Source of the DNA: an uncultured bacterium
Lineage (GTDB): Bacteria; Planctomycetota; UBA1135
Assembly (NCBI GenBank): GCA_937919925.1
Contig: CALFOT010000076.1
Span: 2,241-66,240 of the forward strand
Length of the DNA: 64,000 nt
Direction: 5' to 3'
The position numbers and the translations under genes are program-made. Below are positions 19,772-30,677 of this stretch, piece after piece. The notes under the pieces are model-generated. The model did no database searches. It saw only the letters and a program-made list of their open reading frames with translations, and was not told where the DNA came from. Each line of letters opens with the position of its first letter. The first letter of the stretch is position 1.

Positions 19772-20686
19772 GTGAGTTCCACCTCCTCTCAGCATCCCGA
19801 CGGCTCCCGATGGGCAGCATTCGTAGAGCTTGGCAAGTTGCGTCTGTCGTCGCTGGCTCTGTTAGCGGTGTTCGCTGGCTTGCTTTTGGGATCACCCAAC
19901 TTACCCACGCTGCCGCCGTGGTCCGTGATTGTGGGTGCGTTACTCGGTACTGCCATGGTGGCCATCGGCGGTAACGCGATGAATATGTGGTGGGAGCGGG
20001 ACACCGATATTTTTATGCAACGCACCGCAGCGCGTCCCATCCAAAGTGGACGCTTGAGTCCGCGCGATGTGTTTTGCTTCGGGATGCTCCAAGCAAGCGG
20101 CGGCGTCGTGGTGCTCGCTTGCACTACGAACTTGCTGGCCACCCTTTTGTGCGCGGCGATTTTCCTACTGTATGTGCTCGTTTACACCCCACTGAAGCGC
20201 CATAACACGCTGAACACTTTAGTTGGCGCCATTCCTGGTGCACTACCACCAGTGGTCGGTTATGCCGCCGGCGCCGGTTATATTGACGGCCAAGCGTTAG
20301 TGCTGTTCATGATCTTGTTCTTCTGGCAGATACCGCATTTCCTGGCGATTGCATGGCGCTACAAAGATCAGTACCGCAACGCAGGTTTGATGATGCTTCC
20401 CTCGGTGGAAGGCTCCGGCTTAGTCACCGGCAAACACATGATGACGTATGGCTTGTGTTTGGTTGGTGTGAGCATTTTGCCGGCCTTACCGGCCTTCGGT
20501 TACTACAGCCGGCACTACGTTTACTCCGCTGCGGTTCTTGGCTTGGTGTTTTTGGCGGTGATTTTTGAAGCCGCCGTTTTACGCCGCCCAGCCGGAATGC
20601 GTCGCTGCTTCCTTGTTTCCATCATTTACTTGCCACTGCTATTCGTAGCCATGGTGAGCGATCGCCTCACTCCTCATGTTGCTTAA
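19772..20686 (+). CDS. cyoE: Protoheme IX farnesyltransferase (heme O synthase)
   Basis: NMWWERDTDIFMQRTAARP, YTPLKR, GAIPGALPP, FWQIPHF. Start set to GTG 19772 to avoid overlapping the upstream gene. Confidence 0.93.
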   Translation: MSSTSSQHPDGSRWAAFVELGKLRLSSLALLAVFAGLLLGSPNLPTLPPWSVIVGALLGTAMVAIGGNAMNMWWERDTDIFMQRTAARPIQSGRLSPRDVFCFGMLQASGGVVVLACTTNLLATLLCAAIFLLYVLVYTPLKRHNTLNTLVGAIPGALPPVVGYAAGAGYIDGQALVLFMILFFWQIPHFLAIAWRYKDQYRNAGLMMLPSVEGSGLVTGKHMMTYGLCLVGVSILPALPAFGYYSRHYVYSAAVLGLVFLAVIFEAAVLRRPAGMRRCFLVSIIYLPLLFVAMVSDRLTPHVA

Positions 20687-21335
20687 GCATTCCCTGTCTT
20701 CTCGGGCCGGACGACTTGTCGTTACCGTCACCTTCGCCACAGCCATCGTTTTGGTTTGTGCCACTCTTGCGACGGTTTACCTGCGCCCAGGAAATATCGA
20801 TACCGGGCGCCCAGCAGGTGAGCTGCCACCGATTTTATATCCGGCCCCCGATTTCGAGTTCACCACTCAAAATGGCGATGCTTTCACCAAGGCCGATTTG
20901 AACGGCAAGATTTGGGTTTCGAACTTTATGTTCACCTCCTGCCCGAGTATTTGCCCGCTGCTTACTGAGCGCATGAAGGTGATTGCCGCGCGCGTTGCGG
21001 TGATGGATGATGTTCACCTTATGTCTTTCTCAGTAGACCCAGCGACTGACACCCCTGCCGTGTTGTTGGACTACGCCGCCCGTTATGAGGTCGATCATAA
21101 CCAGTGGTCATTCCTGACCGGAAACGATCAAGCCATGCGCGATGCCATCGAAGAAGGCTTCAAAGTTAGCATGGGCGGCCCCATTGATCGCAACGATTTG
21201 AGCTCGGTCATGCACGGCACCCGTTTTGTTCTCGGCGATCAAGAAGGCAATATCCGTGGCTATTACGATGTCGAAACCGACGACGGCATCGATTTGCTCA
21301 TCCACGAAATCAAGTTGCTTCGTCAGGCAAAGTAA
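20676..21335 (+). CDS. SCO1/SenC copper chaperone
   Basis: N-terminal TM; FTSCPSICP (CxxxC), SVDPATDTP, WSFLTG, conserved His in MHGTRF. Confidence 0.92.
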   Translation: MLLKHSLSSRAGRLVVTVTFATAIVLVCATLATVYLRPGNIDTGRPAGELPPILYPAPDFEFTTQNGDAFTKADLNGKIWVSNFMFTSCPSICPLLTERMKVIAARVAVMDDVHLMSFSVDPATDTPAVLLDYAARYEVDHNQWSFLTGNDQAMRDAIEEGFKVSMGGPIDRNDLSSVMHGTRFVLGDQEGNIRGYYDVETDDGIDLLIHEIKLLRQAK

Positions 21336-24300
21336 CTAATTTTTCGCGCTTCAAAATTACGCCACGCGCTGCTTTGCCGTCGAGCAAAACAGAGATTGGA
21401 GTTTCTAACTGCACATGGCGCACGCCATGAATCCCGACGGGATTGGAGGGCAAGTTGCGCAGCCATTCCAAATCCAGCACGCCGTCGCCAGAGTCAGGGT
21501 TAATGGTGAAATAACCCACGCGGAAGGAAGTCATATTGTGGAAAAAGTGGGAGCCTTCCGACGGCTTTACGTGGATATCACCAAAGCCAGTTTCCACAAC
21601 CACGCGCGCGCAGTTGATATCGGCCCACTCTACTGGCAGGCCTAGCCATGGATCTGAGGAACCCCAGCGGCCGGGTCCAATCAGCAAATACGGTTGGCCG
21701 AGCTTTTCTAGCTTGGCGTTGATTTTGGCGACGTCGATGGCGGCTTCCGCAGATTTTGCACGATCAAAGTTGTTTGGATCAATGTAGACCACATGTTGGA
21801 TATCGCGAATGTGGCCGTTGCCGAAGGCGCGATTACTGGCACACAGGATGAGGCTTTCATCGATTTGATCCAGGTCGATATCCACTTCCGTTTCGGCAAC
21901 GGCCATCGGGCGAACTTGCAGCAGGTTTAGTTCACCGATATCCGCGTGGCCAGCGTCGAGTTCCACGGCAAACTCGACTTCAATCGGGCAGCCCATGGCC
22001 GCATTACCAATTTCCAAAACTTGGTTGACCACCGCTGCGAGAGGGAAGGCACCGTGTTTGAGGATATTGGCGAAGGTGACCAGGCGGGCGCCATCGCGAG
22101 AAACACCATCGGTGATGCGGCCGTCGTTGGGCAGCCAAGTGGAAGCAACAGCGGCCAAAGTGCCGTCATCATTGGCTTTGGCGATGGGGAAGCGGCAAGG
22201 TTGTAGGGGGCCCTTGCACAAAGCACCATCAGCAGGCGCAAGCGTTGCGTTGGTTTTGGAGTCGACGGGCTCCCCCATAGGCAAGGCGTAAAAGCTACGT
22301 TGCGCGTTTTCGAGGATGTCCTCTACCGACGAAAAATCCTGAATGCTTTGTGGGTAACGCGGGCAAAAACGTAAACCGGCTTCACCACCGACCACAATCG
22401 TACCTAGCCCCAGTGCCACTGCGCATACTCCATCTTCAGGACGGCACTGACCATGTGGGTAGTAGTTATGCGACCGCGCGACGCCGGAAAAACTCGGGTA
22501 ATAACGATCGTTGTGCTGTTTGCCGACCAGCTTTTGAATAACCACCGCCATTTTCTCCTCTTCATGGCGATACGCAGTAGCGCGTAAATAAGAGCGTGCG
22601 CGATCGGAGTAAGTGGAGGCGTAAATGGTTTTGATTGCGTCGCACAATTCGGTCAGGCGTTGGGTTTCGGAGCCGACGTTGCGAATCATCACAGTTTCAT
22701 AAATGCCTGCAAAGGGTTGATGGTGCGAATCTTCAAGCAAGCTCGACGAACGCACCGCAAGCGGGCCAATAAACACGCGTAGCAGTGCGCGTAAATCGGA
22801 AAGTACGCTGGTTGGGAAGCGCCCAATCAAGAATCGCTTCAAGCGTTCGGGTTCATCGAGGCCACTGCCTAAGGCCATGCGCTGTAGATGATTGTTGCGC
22901 ATAAAGCGGTCAAAGATATCGGTGGTCAAGACCACTGTGGGTGGAATCACAACTTGGACGCTAACTGGGCGGTTGGATTGGCGGAAGTCTGCCAGAGTGG
23001 TATTCGCAAACGCAAGACCACGCGCTTTACCGCCTAAAGAACCAGTGCCAATGCGCGCAAAGTTAATCGTGTCGTCGAAGGTCGTGCGGTGGAAATCCAC
23101 AATCGCACCGCGTTGCGCGCGGCGCCGCGAGCGATGCATATGTCGCAGCAAAAAGGTGCGTAGGTCTTCAGCATCGTGGAAATCGGCAACATTTTTCGCG
23201 GCTAGGCGGTTGGCTAGACGAAATTCCGTGCGCGCGCGTAACCAGGTTGAAAACTCGTTGCGCCGCGCATGCCCCATCAGCGTTGCTCCGGAAACGCGCG
23301 CGATAGCGGCCTCCATTTCGCGAACGGTGCGTGCCTGGGTTTCCACGGAATGATCACTGCGCAAGAAATGAAACGGGCCAAAGCCAAAATTATTCAACAA
23401 GAAGTTACGCATTTCAAGATGCAGAACTTGGCTGCCCTTGCGCACGAAGCTTGCGTTCAGGCGCTCGGCGTCGGCGGAGAAATTTGCATTTGACGACTGC
23501 ATCAACACCGGCAGATGCGGTGCTATCGAACGCACATGGCTGACAAAATCTAATCCGGCCCCAATCGCTGGCTTGCCGCCCGGCTGGAGAGGCAAGCCGA
23601 TATCCGAAATAATCCCCAGAAGGTAATCCTGGTGCTCATCAAACATGCTGATTGCGGTGCGCAAATCGCGAGCCAGCAGTACCTTTGGCCGCGCCCGCAA
23701 GCGCAGCATCTTGTCATATTGGTTGATACCTTCGGATAGCACACTGCGCGACTGTTCAAGAATTTCGGTGTAGAGCAGTGGCAAGTACGAAGACAAAAAA
23801 TTCAGCGAATCCTCAACTAGCAAAATCGAACGCATGCCGACACGTTTGCAGTCATGCAAACAGTTGGCGCGGTCTTCGACCAAAGTAACAATCGCGTTCA
23901 AAATACGACTGTCGCCGGTCCATAAAAACACGCCGTCGAAGATGGATTGATTACGCTCTCGTAACAATGCTTTAATATGCGCGTTATCATAACCAAGCAA
24001 AATGACTGGCACGGCACCAGCATGAGCTTTGATTTCTTCGGCTAAATCAACCGGATCCAAACCGCTAATCTGCGGCGTAATAATTACCAGAGAGTTTTCG
24101 CGCGTGGAGGATATTCGTTCGATGGCTTCGCTGGCGTCGGAAACGCGCACCATCGTGGGGGCGCGGTCATCCACAAACTCGCCAGCATCTTCGTTCAGAT
24201 TGCTGGTGCGCCCATCCTCCCGCAGGATGAATGCGTCGTACATGCTCGAGACCAAGATGACTTCCTGGACACGATAAGGCATCAAGGCCCGGAATCGTTG

Positions 24301-24348
24301 CAGGCGAGTATCGGGCTCGATTAGTTGGAAGGGCGGGAAAAGAACCAC
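21310..24348 (-). CDS. Receiver-domain-containing PEP synthase/PPDK-like (PEP/pyruvate-binding) dikinase-family protein
   Basis: Two receiver-like domains, then GSLGGKARGL, AVRSSSLLED, FAGIY, MAVVIQ, ALGLG, EVEFA, LQVRP and C-terminal GPGRWGS...GSHFFHN. Start uncertain: the GTG lies inside a hairpin. Confidence 0.85.
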   Translation of the reverse strand: MVLFPPFQLIEPDTRLQRFRALMPYRVQEVILVSSMYDAFILREDGRTSNLNEDAGEFVDDRAPTMVRVSDASEAIERISSTRENSLVIITPQISGLDPVDLAEEIKAHAGAVPVILLGYDNAHIKALLRERNQSIFDGVFLWTGDSRILNAIVTLVEDRANCLHDCKRVGMRSILLVEDSLNFLSSYLPLLYTEILEQSRSVLSEGINQYDKMLRLRARPKVLLARDLRTAISMFDEHQDYLLGIISDIGLPLQPGGKPAIGAGLDFVSHVRSIAPHLPVLMQSSNANFSADAERLNASFVRKGSQVLHLEMRNFLLNNFGFGPFHFLRSDHSVETQARTVREMEAAIARVSGATLMGHARRNEFSTWLRARTEFRLANRLAAKNVADFHDAEDLRTFLLRHMHRSRRRAQRGAIVDFHRTTFDDTINFARIGTGSLGGKARGLAFANTTLADFRQSNRPVSVQVVIPPTVVLTTDIFDRFMRNNHLQRMALGSGLDEPERLKRFLIGRFPTSVLSDLRALLRVFIGPLAVRSSSLLEDSHHQPFAGIYETVMIRNVGSETQRLTELCDAIKTIYASTYSDRARSYLRATAYRHEEEKMAVVIQKLVGKQHNDRYYPSFSGVARSHNYYPHGQCRPEDGVCAVALGLGTIVVGGEAGLRFCPRYPQSIQDFSSVEDILENAQRSFYALPMGEPVDSKTNATLAPADGALCKGPLQPCRFPIAKANDDGTLAAVASTWLPNDGRITDGVSRDGARLVTFANILKHGAFPLAAVVNQVLEIGNAAMGCPIEVEFAVELDAGHADIGELNLLQVRPMAVAETEVDIDLDQIDESLILCASNRAFGNGHIRDIQHVVYIDPNNFDRAKSAEAAIDVAKINAKLEKLGQPYLLIGPGRWGSSDPWLGLPVEWADINCARVVVETGFGDIHVKPSEGSHFFHNMTSFRVGYFTINPDSGDGVLDLEWLRNLPSNPVGIHGVRHVQLETPISVLLDGKAARGVILKREKLVTLPDEAT

Positions 24349-24377
24349 CGGCAGTTAGCGTACACCAACTGCCGGTG
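24338..24377 (-). terminator. Probable intrinsic terminator after gdhA
   Basis: Perfect 11-bp inverted repeat CACCGGCAGTT (24346-24356) / AACTGCCGGTG (24367-24377), followed on the minus strand by GTTCTTTT. Confidence 0.6.
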
Positions 24378-24424
24378 CTTCACGCCCAAAGGGCGCGGCA
24401 AAAATATTTTAACTGAGAGCTTCC

Positions 24425-25936
<1,512 letters not shown>

Positions 25937-26036
25937 CTAGATTCGCCAATGAAATGTTGCCGCAACATTTCTGCCCGTGGAAATACCACTACACTGCTGC
26001 TGGAGGGCAAGCTTTCCGAGGTTATTCTAAAGAGGA

Positions 26037-26744
26037 ATGCTTTCCTTCCGCTTCCTCATTCTGCTCGTCGCGATATCCAGTTGCACCTCGGGGCCGCCGC
26101 CTTTCGCAGTGGCCGTCGATGCCCTGGTAAGCCGTAGCGTAGGCAATCAGCGGAGCTACATTCTGCTACCGGGCAACGACGGCGTGACTTGGGATGACTT
26201 GCAGTTTCAAGAATTCGCCAACTATTTGGATAGAGCTTTGTTGGCAAACAAGTTTGTTGCCGCAGCAAGCCCGCAAGATGCGGAGCTGGCGATTGTGCTG
26301 TCCTATGGCATGGATGCACCGGTTACTACACGAGAATCCTATACCACGGCCATCTGGGGGCAGACCGGTTTTCACAGAATCTATGTTCCCTCACATCATG
26401 CGGGTGGTGAGCACTACCGCAATGATTCTTGTTTTTACTTCACTCCAATTTATGGTGTGACGGGGTATCGGCAAGGCCAACGTTCGGTCACCACGTTTCT
26501 GCAGCACGCGATGATTGTGGCTTATGATCCAAAGGATTTAGAGCAGTCCGCTCGCCCAGCAGAATTGTGGCGCGTAACGATGCGTTGTGAAAGTTCGCGC
26601 GGCGATTTACGCCAAGGTTTCCCAGCGATGCTTGCGGCATCCTTGCCTTATCTTGGCGCCAACTCTGAGCAGCAGATGGAGCTAGAGATTTACGCCGATG
26701 ACCCTGCTGTGCGCATGTTAAAAGGCCTACCCGCTGCGGAGTAG
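26037..26744 (+). CDS. Lipoprotein of unknown function (DUF4136-like)
   Basis: SD GAGGA; hydrophobic leader with ISSC lipobox; DLQFQEF, YGVTGY. Confidence 0.65.
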   Translation: MLSFRFLILLVAISSCTSGPPPFAVAVDALVSRSVGNQRSYILLPGNDGVTWDDLQFQEFANYLDRALLANKFVAAASPQDAELAIVLSYGMDAPVTTRESYTTAIWGQTGFHRIYVPSHHAGGEHYRNDSCFYFTPIYGVTGYRQGQRSVTTFLQHAMIVAYDPKDLEQSARPAELWRVTMRCESSRGDLRQGFPAMLAASLPYLGANSEQQMELEIYADDPAVRMLKGLPAAE

Positions 26745-26751
26745 AATAAGA

Positions 26752-26797
26752 ATTTGCCTACATTGCGGGCATGCTGAGAGATTTGCCTACCTTGCGG
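26752..26797. repeat. 17-bp direct repeat pair, 29-bp period
   Basis: ATTTGCCTACATTGCGG (26752-26768) and ATTTGCCTACCTTGCGG (26781-26797), one mismatch, intergenic. Confidence 0.75.
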
Positions 26798-26844
26798 TCA
26801 CGGGGAGGAACCGGGCGAGGAGCTATTCTTGGTCACGAATTCCG

Positions 26845-29205
26845 ATGCTGACCACCGCCCTCCTTGCCTTTGCTCTTTTCCAACCACCTGTTTGTCAGGT
26901 GGATGCAATCCATACCGCGGTCAAGGATCTGCATGCGAAAGACGTCGAAAAACGTCTCAACGCAATCCCCGTGTTGGTGGCCGATGGCGGCATGAAAAGT
27001 GGCAAAGCGCTGGAAAGAGCCCTGAAGGATAGCGATTGGGGTGTACAGATTGCCGCCGCAGATGCTTTGGCTGGCTGGTTATCTTTAGAACCCACTCCAA
27101 GCTTGGTTGCTTTGGCGCTCAGTACCCGAGTGACTCAAGTACGTCTTGCCGCTGCTCGGGCTTTGGCGCAGCGCGATGCGCAGCTGGTGACGGCAACTTT
27201 GGCGTCGGCACTTGGTAGCGGTGATGAGGCTTTGGCCGCTTGTTTCACCCTCGCACAATTGCCTGCCGGAGAATATGATGATTTATTATTGAAAGGGATT
27301 GACAGGTTATTTCATAAAGCGAAAAGTCCGCAGGCACGCGCCGCTGCCGCCAGTACTCTGCATTTACTTTCGCAAGCGGCGCGGCTCGACTTCTTACAGC
27401 GAGCCCTGGCTGACGAAGATTTGCAAGTCGCTGTCGCTGCGGTGGAGGGCGTGATTCACACCCCCTTTCTACCCGCGCTTGAGAGTTTACAAAATTTCTT
27501 GTGGAAGCCTGAAGTCGGCGACATCCTTGGGCGTCGTTTGTGCCGTGCAGTGGCCGCAATTTTGATTGCGGAGGGGAATGCAGAGTCGCCAACCGCAACG
27601 GTTTTCGCGGCTGATTTTTTTGCGCAACGACCACTTCAGGATGTCGTTGCGTGGCGCATCGCAGTGATTGCGCGCTTGCTGCTGGAGGCGCCAGGCAGTG
27701 AGCCATCTCGTGTGCAGAGTGAGGCAAGGGAAAATTTTCTCAAGCTGGCCCAGGATCGAGATGCTTCAGTCGCCGCACGCGCCACAGCAGTTTGGGCACT
27801 TGGCGGCGACAAGCTAGGTGGTGAGGCAACCACAGCGGTGCTGCGTGCTGCGATGGCTTTGGATGAATCGCCGCGCGTGCGCCGCGCCGCCATGGTGGCG
27901 TGGTTGGAGTTGATGCCGATGGATACGGAGTTGGGCGCTGTGCTCCTCGAGCGCATCCACACAGACGCGGATCCAAGCGTCCGACGCCTTGCAGTGGTTT
28001 CATTAGGGGTTCCCGAGTTAGTCGGGGTCGCAGCAGGTTTAGCTGCGTTGTGCGAGGATTCCGATTGGCAAGTGGCTATCTGCGCTGCGGTTTCTCTTGG
28101 CAAAACACGCGATACGACAGCACTCAAAGCGCTTGCAGAAGTTTGTCAGAGTCGTGATTGGCGTAAGCGTGGCGCGGCGGTGGTTGGACTTTCCCATCTG
28201 TATCAAAAGGCTGCGATTGGTGTGGCGATTGAAATGTTGGCAGATCCGGAGCCGGTGGTGGCGCGCACGGCGCATGAGTTTTTGCAAACAGTGACTTACC
28301 AAAAGCTGCCGCGCGAAGTTAAGGCTTACCAAGAGTGGTGGGCAAAAAATGAAGCTGGCATGCTATTGCTCACACCAGAGAAGGCGCGCGAACGAGGCCG
28401 CGCCTATGCGGATTTCGGCGGAAAAACCATCAATGCCCCCTACAAGGAGATGGATGTCTTTGTCTTTCAAAGTCACGGCGACCACATTCAAGACTTAATG
28501 GCGCGGCGGGATATCCAATACACGCTGACGGCTTCGGGTTTGATTTCCATGGCCGAAGTACATCCCTTTGGTGTTTACATAGCCAATTGCGTTGGCAACT
28601 GCACCTCCCAAGACATTGATTATTTGCAGTGGTCTGTGCTTACCGGAGGTTACTTATTCTCAAGTTGCTGGGCGCTGAATGGCACGATTGAACACATGGA
28701 ACCAGGGGTGATGCAAGCGCTACGTCGTTATCTTTCTGGAAACCTCCTTGATCAGGTGAAGGCTGAAATGACGGTTGCTGCAAGTCCATATTTGCAGGGT
28801 GTGTTTGACGCGGGGTCGCAGCCGATTTACTCCTTGGAAGGCGCCCACTTGATTGAAGTGCTTCTGCCCGAGCGCTGTGAAGTCTTGATGGATAGTCCCG
28901 AATGCGCGTCTCGTTGGGAGGCTGGAAACCTGGCGGCGTGGTTCGCTATGGGCCATGGTTTGATGCTTGATTCGGCAAACCACTTTGGTTCCCAGGGTTT
29001 CACTGGGGCCGGAGATTTTAAGAAGCCCATCGATCGCCAAGCTTATGCTGTCAATCATATGGGGCTTACGCTGGAAGATTTGCGCAAGGTTCAAACCGAA
29101 TCCTGGTGGAAAAGCAACCGCAAGGCGGAGGAATTTATTTGGGATGAATCCGCTTTCCGCTTTTTAACCAACTTTGTGCGTTGGAAACGCGCCGGCAAAC
29201 TCTAA
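26845..29205 (+). CDS. Exported HEAT-repeat protein with C-terminal alpha/beta (GATase1-like) domain
   Basis: Signal-like N-terminus; many DxDxxVRxAA repeats; C-terminal DHIQ, ANCVG, GGYLFSSCWAL, SANHF. Confidence 0.75.
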   Translation: MLTTALLAFALFQPPVCQVDAIHTAVKDLHAKDVEKRLNAIPVLVADGGMKSGKALERALKDSDWGVQIAAADALAGWLSLEPTPSLVALALSTRVTQVRLAAARALAQRDAQLVTATLASALGSGDEALAACFTLAQLPAGEYDDLLLKGIDRLFHKAKSPQARAAAASTLHLLSQAARLDFLQRALADEDLQVAVAAVEGVIHTPFLPALESLQNFLWKPEVGDILGRRLCRAVAAILIAEGNAESPTATVFAADFFAQRPLQDVVAWRIAVIARLLLEAPGSEPSRVQSEARENFLKLAQDRDASVAARATAVWALGGDKLGGEATTAVLRAAMALDESPRVRRAAMVAWLELMPMDTELGAVLLERIHTDADPSVRRLAVVSLGVPELVGVAAGLAALCEDSDWQVAICAAVSLGKTRDTTALKALAEVCQSRDWRKRGAAVVGLSHLYQKAAIGVAIEMLADPEPVVARTAHEFLQTVTYQKLPREVKAYQEWWAKNEAGMLLLTPEKARERGRAYADFGGKTINAPYKEMDVFVFQSHGDHIQDLMARRDIQYTLTASGLISMAEVHPFGVYIANCVGNCTSQDIDYLQWSVLTGGYLFSSCWALNGTIEHMEPGVMQALRRYLSGNLLDQVKAEMTVAASPYLQGVFDAGSQPIYSLEGAHLIEVLLPERCEVLMDSPECASRWEAGNLAAWFAMGHGLMLDSANHFGSQGFTGAGDFKKPIDRQAYAVNHMGLTLEDLRKVQTESWWKSNRKAEEFIWDESAFRFLTNFVRWKRAGKL

Positions 29206-29217
29206 ACCGCGGCCAAG

Positions 29218-29433
29218 TTACACACTCAGCTTAGGGGGATCATCATCCTTGCAGCTGCCATCGAGCTCAGGGTGATCATCTTCCTTGCAGTTGCCGTCGC
29301 CGTGGCAGTTGCCACATTTGCCATCTCCGCCGCAGCGGGTGGTTTGCTGATCACCCCGCCACAGATGCATCATCGCGAACAGGGCAAAGAGTAAGCCTAG
29401 TCCAAGGATGCCGATGACGTGGTTGAGGGTCAT
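29218..29433 (-). CDS. Small Cys-rich membrane protein, last gene of the rnf operon
   Basis: Starts 12 nt after rnfA; one TM helix, then CGGDGKCGNCHGDGNCKEDDHPELDGSCKDDD. Confidence 0.65.
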   Translation of the reverse strand: MTLNHVIGILGLGLLFALFAMMHLWRGDQQTTRCGGDGKCGNCHGDGNCKEDDHPELDGSCKDDDPPKLSV

Positions 29434-29445
29434 ATTTCTAGCTTA

Positions 29446-30024
29446 TCAGGAAGCGCTGCCTAGACCAGCGAAGCCCATGAAGGCCATCGACAAACTGCCC
29501 GCAATGATTAGCACTAGCGCCATCCCCTGAGCGATTTTCGGCACTTGCGCGCGCTCGGCATCTTCACGAATGCTGGCCATCAGCACCAGCGCCAAAGTCA
29601 GACCCAAACCAGCGCCGATGGCGAAGAACAGGCCTTGGAAGAAGTCGTACTCCTTGTTGGTTTGGAAAATCGCCAGACCAAGAATCGCACAGTTGGTTGT
29701 GATCAGCGGCAAGTAGATACCGAGTTGCTTGAATAGCACGGGGCTCACTTTCTTAATCACCATCTCCACGATCTGCACCAAGGAAGCGATGACCACAATG
29801 AAAGAGATCAGCTGCAGGTATGGAGCATGCGGCAACAGGAAAGTATTCAGCGCCCATGCACAAATGCTGGTGAGGACCAGCACGAAAATGTTGGCCATAC
29901 CCATGCGCAGGGCGGTTTCTACGCGCCCGGAAACGCCCATAAAAGGGCACAAACCCAGAAAGTAGGCCAAAGTGAAGTTGTTCACCAGCACGGTTGAGAC
30001 CAGAATCCAAATCAAGTCACCCAT
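29446..30024 (-). CDS. rnfA: Rnf complex subunit A
   Basis: NNFTLAYFLGLCPFMGVS, LGIYLPLITTNCAILG, LSMAFMGF. Confidence 0.95.
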   Translation of the reverse strand: MGDLIWILVSTVLVNNFTLAYFLGLCPFMGVSGRVETALRMGMANIFVLVLTSICAWALNTFLLPHAPYLQLISFIVVIASLVQIVEMVIKKVSPVLFKQLGIYLPLITTNCAILGLAIFQTNKEYDFFQGLFFAIGAGLGLTLALVLMASIREDAERAQVPKIAQGMALVLIIAGSLSMAFMGFAGLGSAS

Positions 30025-30677
30025 CAGGCTGCCCTCCGTTCACCGCTTTCTTCTGCAGCAAGTTCTTTCTGCTTGTGCTTTTTTCGCTCCGTCCACCAGT
30101 TCATGCCGAGCAGCCAGAATCCCAAAGTGAGGAATCCACCCGGGGGCAAAATCATCACCACCCAAGGCTCGTAGTTGTCGCCGAATAGTGGAATATTCAG
30201 GAAGCTACCCATGCCCAAGATTTCGCGTACGCCGCCCATCATGAGCAAAGCAATCATGAAGCCAGCACCGGAGCCAACAGCATCCAACAGTGCGCGTCCC
30301 ACCGGGCGCTTCGAAGCAAATGCTTCTTGGCGACCAAGAATCATGCAGTTCACCACGATCAAGGCGATGAAAGCGCCAAGTTTTTTATGGACCACAGGCA
30401 CGGAAGCTTCCAGGCCCATGTCGGCAACCGTCACGAAAGTGGCGATGATCATGATGTAGGTCGAAATGCGAACTTCGCCGGGAATGAACCGTTTTAGCAA
30501 CGAGACGAACAGGCTCGAACCGCACAGCACAAAGAATGTGGCCACGCCCATGGCTAGGGCGTTCTCTACCGAATTGGTGACCGCCAAGGCGGGGCACAAA
30601 CCGAGCATTTGAATCAGCACGGGATTTTCTTTCCAAATGCCGCGGAACAGATCTTGTTTAGCAGTAGTTTCGCGCAT
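30024..30677 (-). CDS. rnfE: Rnf complex subunit E
   Basis: ENPVLIQMLGLCPALAVT, LIVVNCMILGR, GVREILG, ILPPGGF. Confidence 0.95.
   Translation of the reverse strand: MRETTAKQDLFRGIWKENPVLIQMLGLCPALAVTNSVENALAMGVATFFVLCGSSLFVSLLKRFIPGEVRISTYIMIIATFVTVADMGLEASVPVVHKKLGAFIALIVVNCMILGRQEAFASKRPVGRALLDAVGSGAGFMIALLMMGGVREILGMGSFLNIPLFGDNYEPWVVMILPPGGFLTLGFWLLGMNWWTERKKHKQKELAAEESGERRAA

Noticed and set aside
26752-26797. Repeat pair as a mini-CRISPR array
   Set aside because: Only two 17-bp units with a 12-bp gap and no cas genes.
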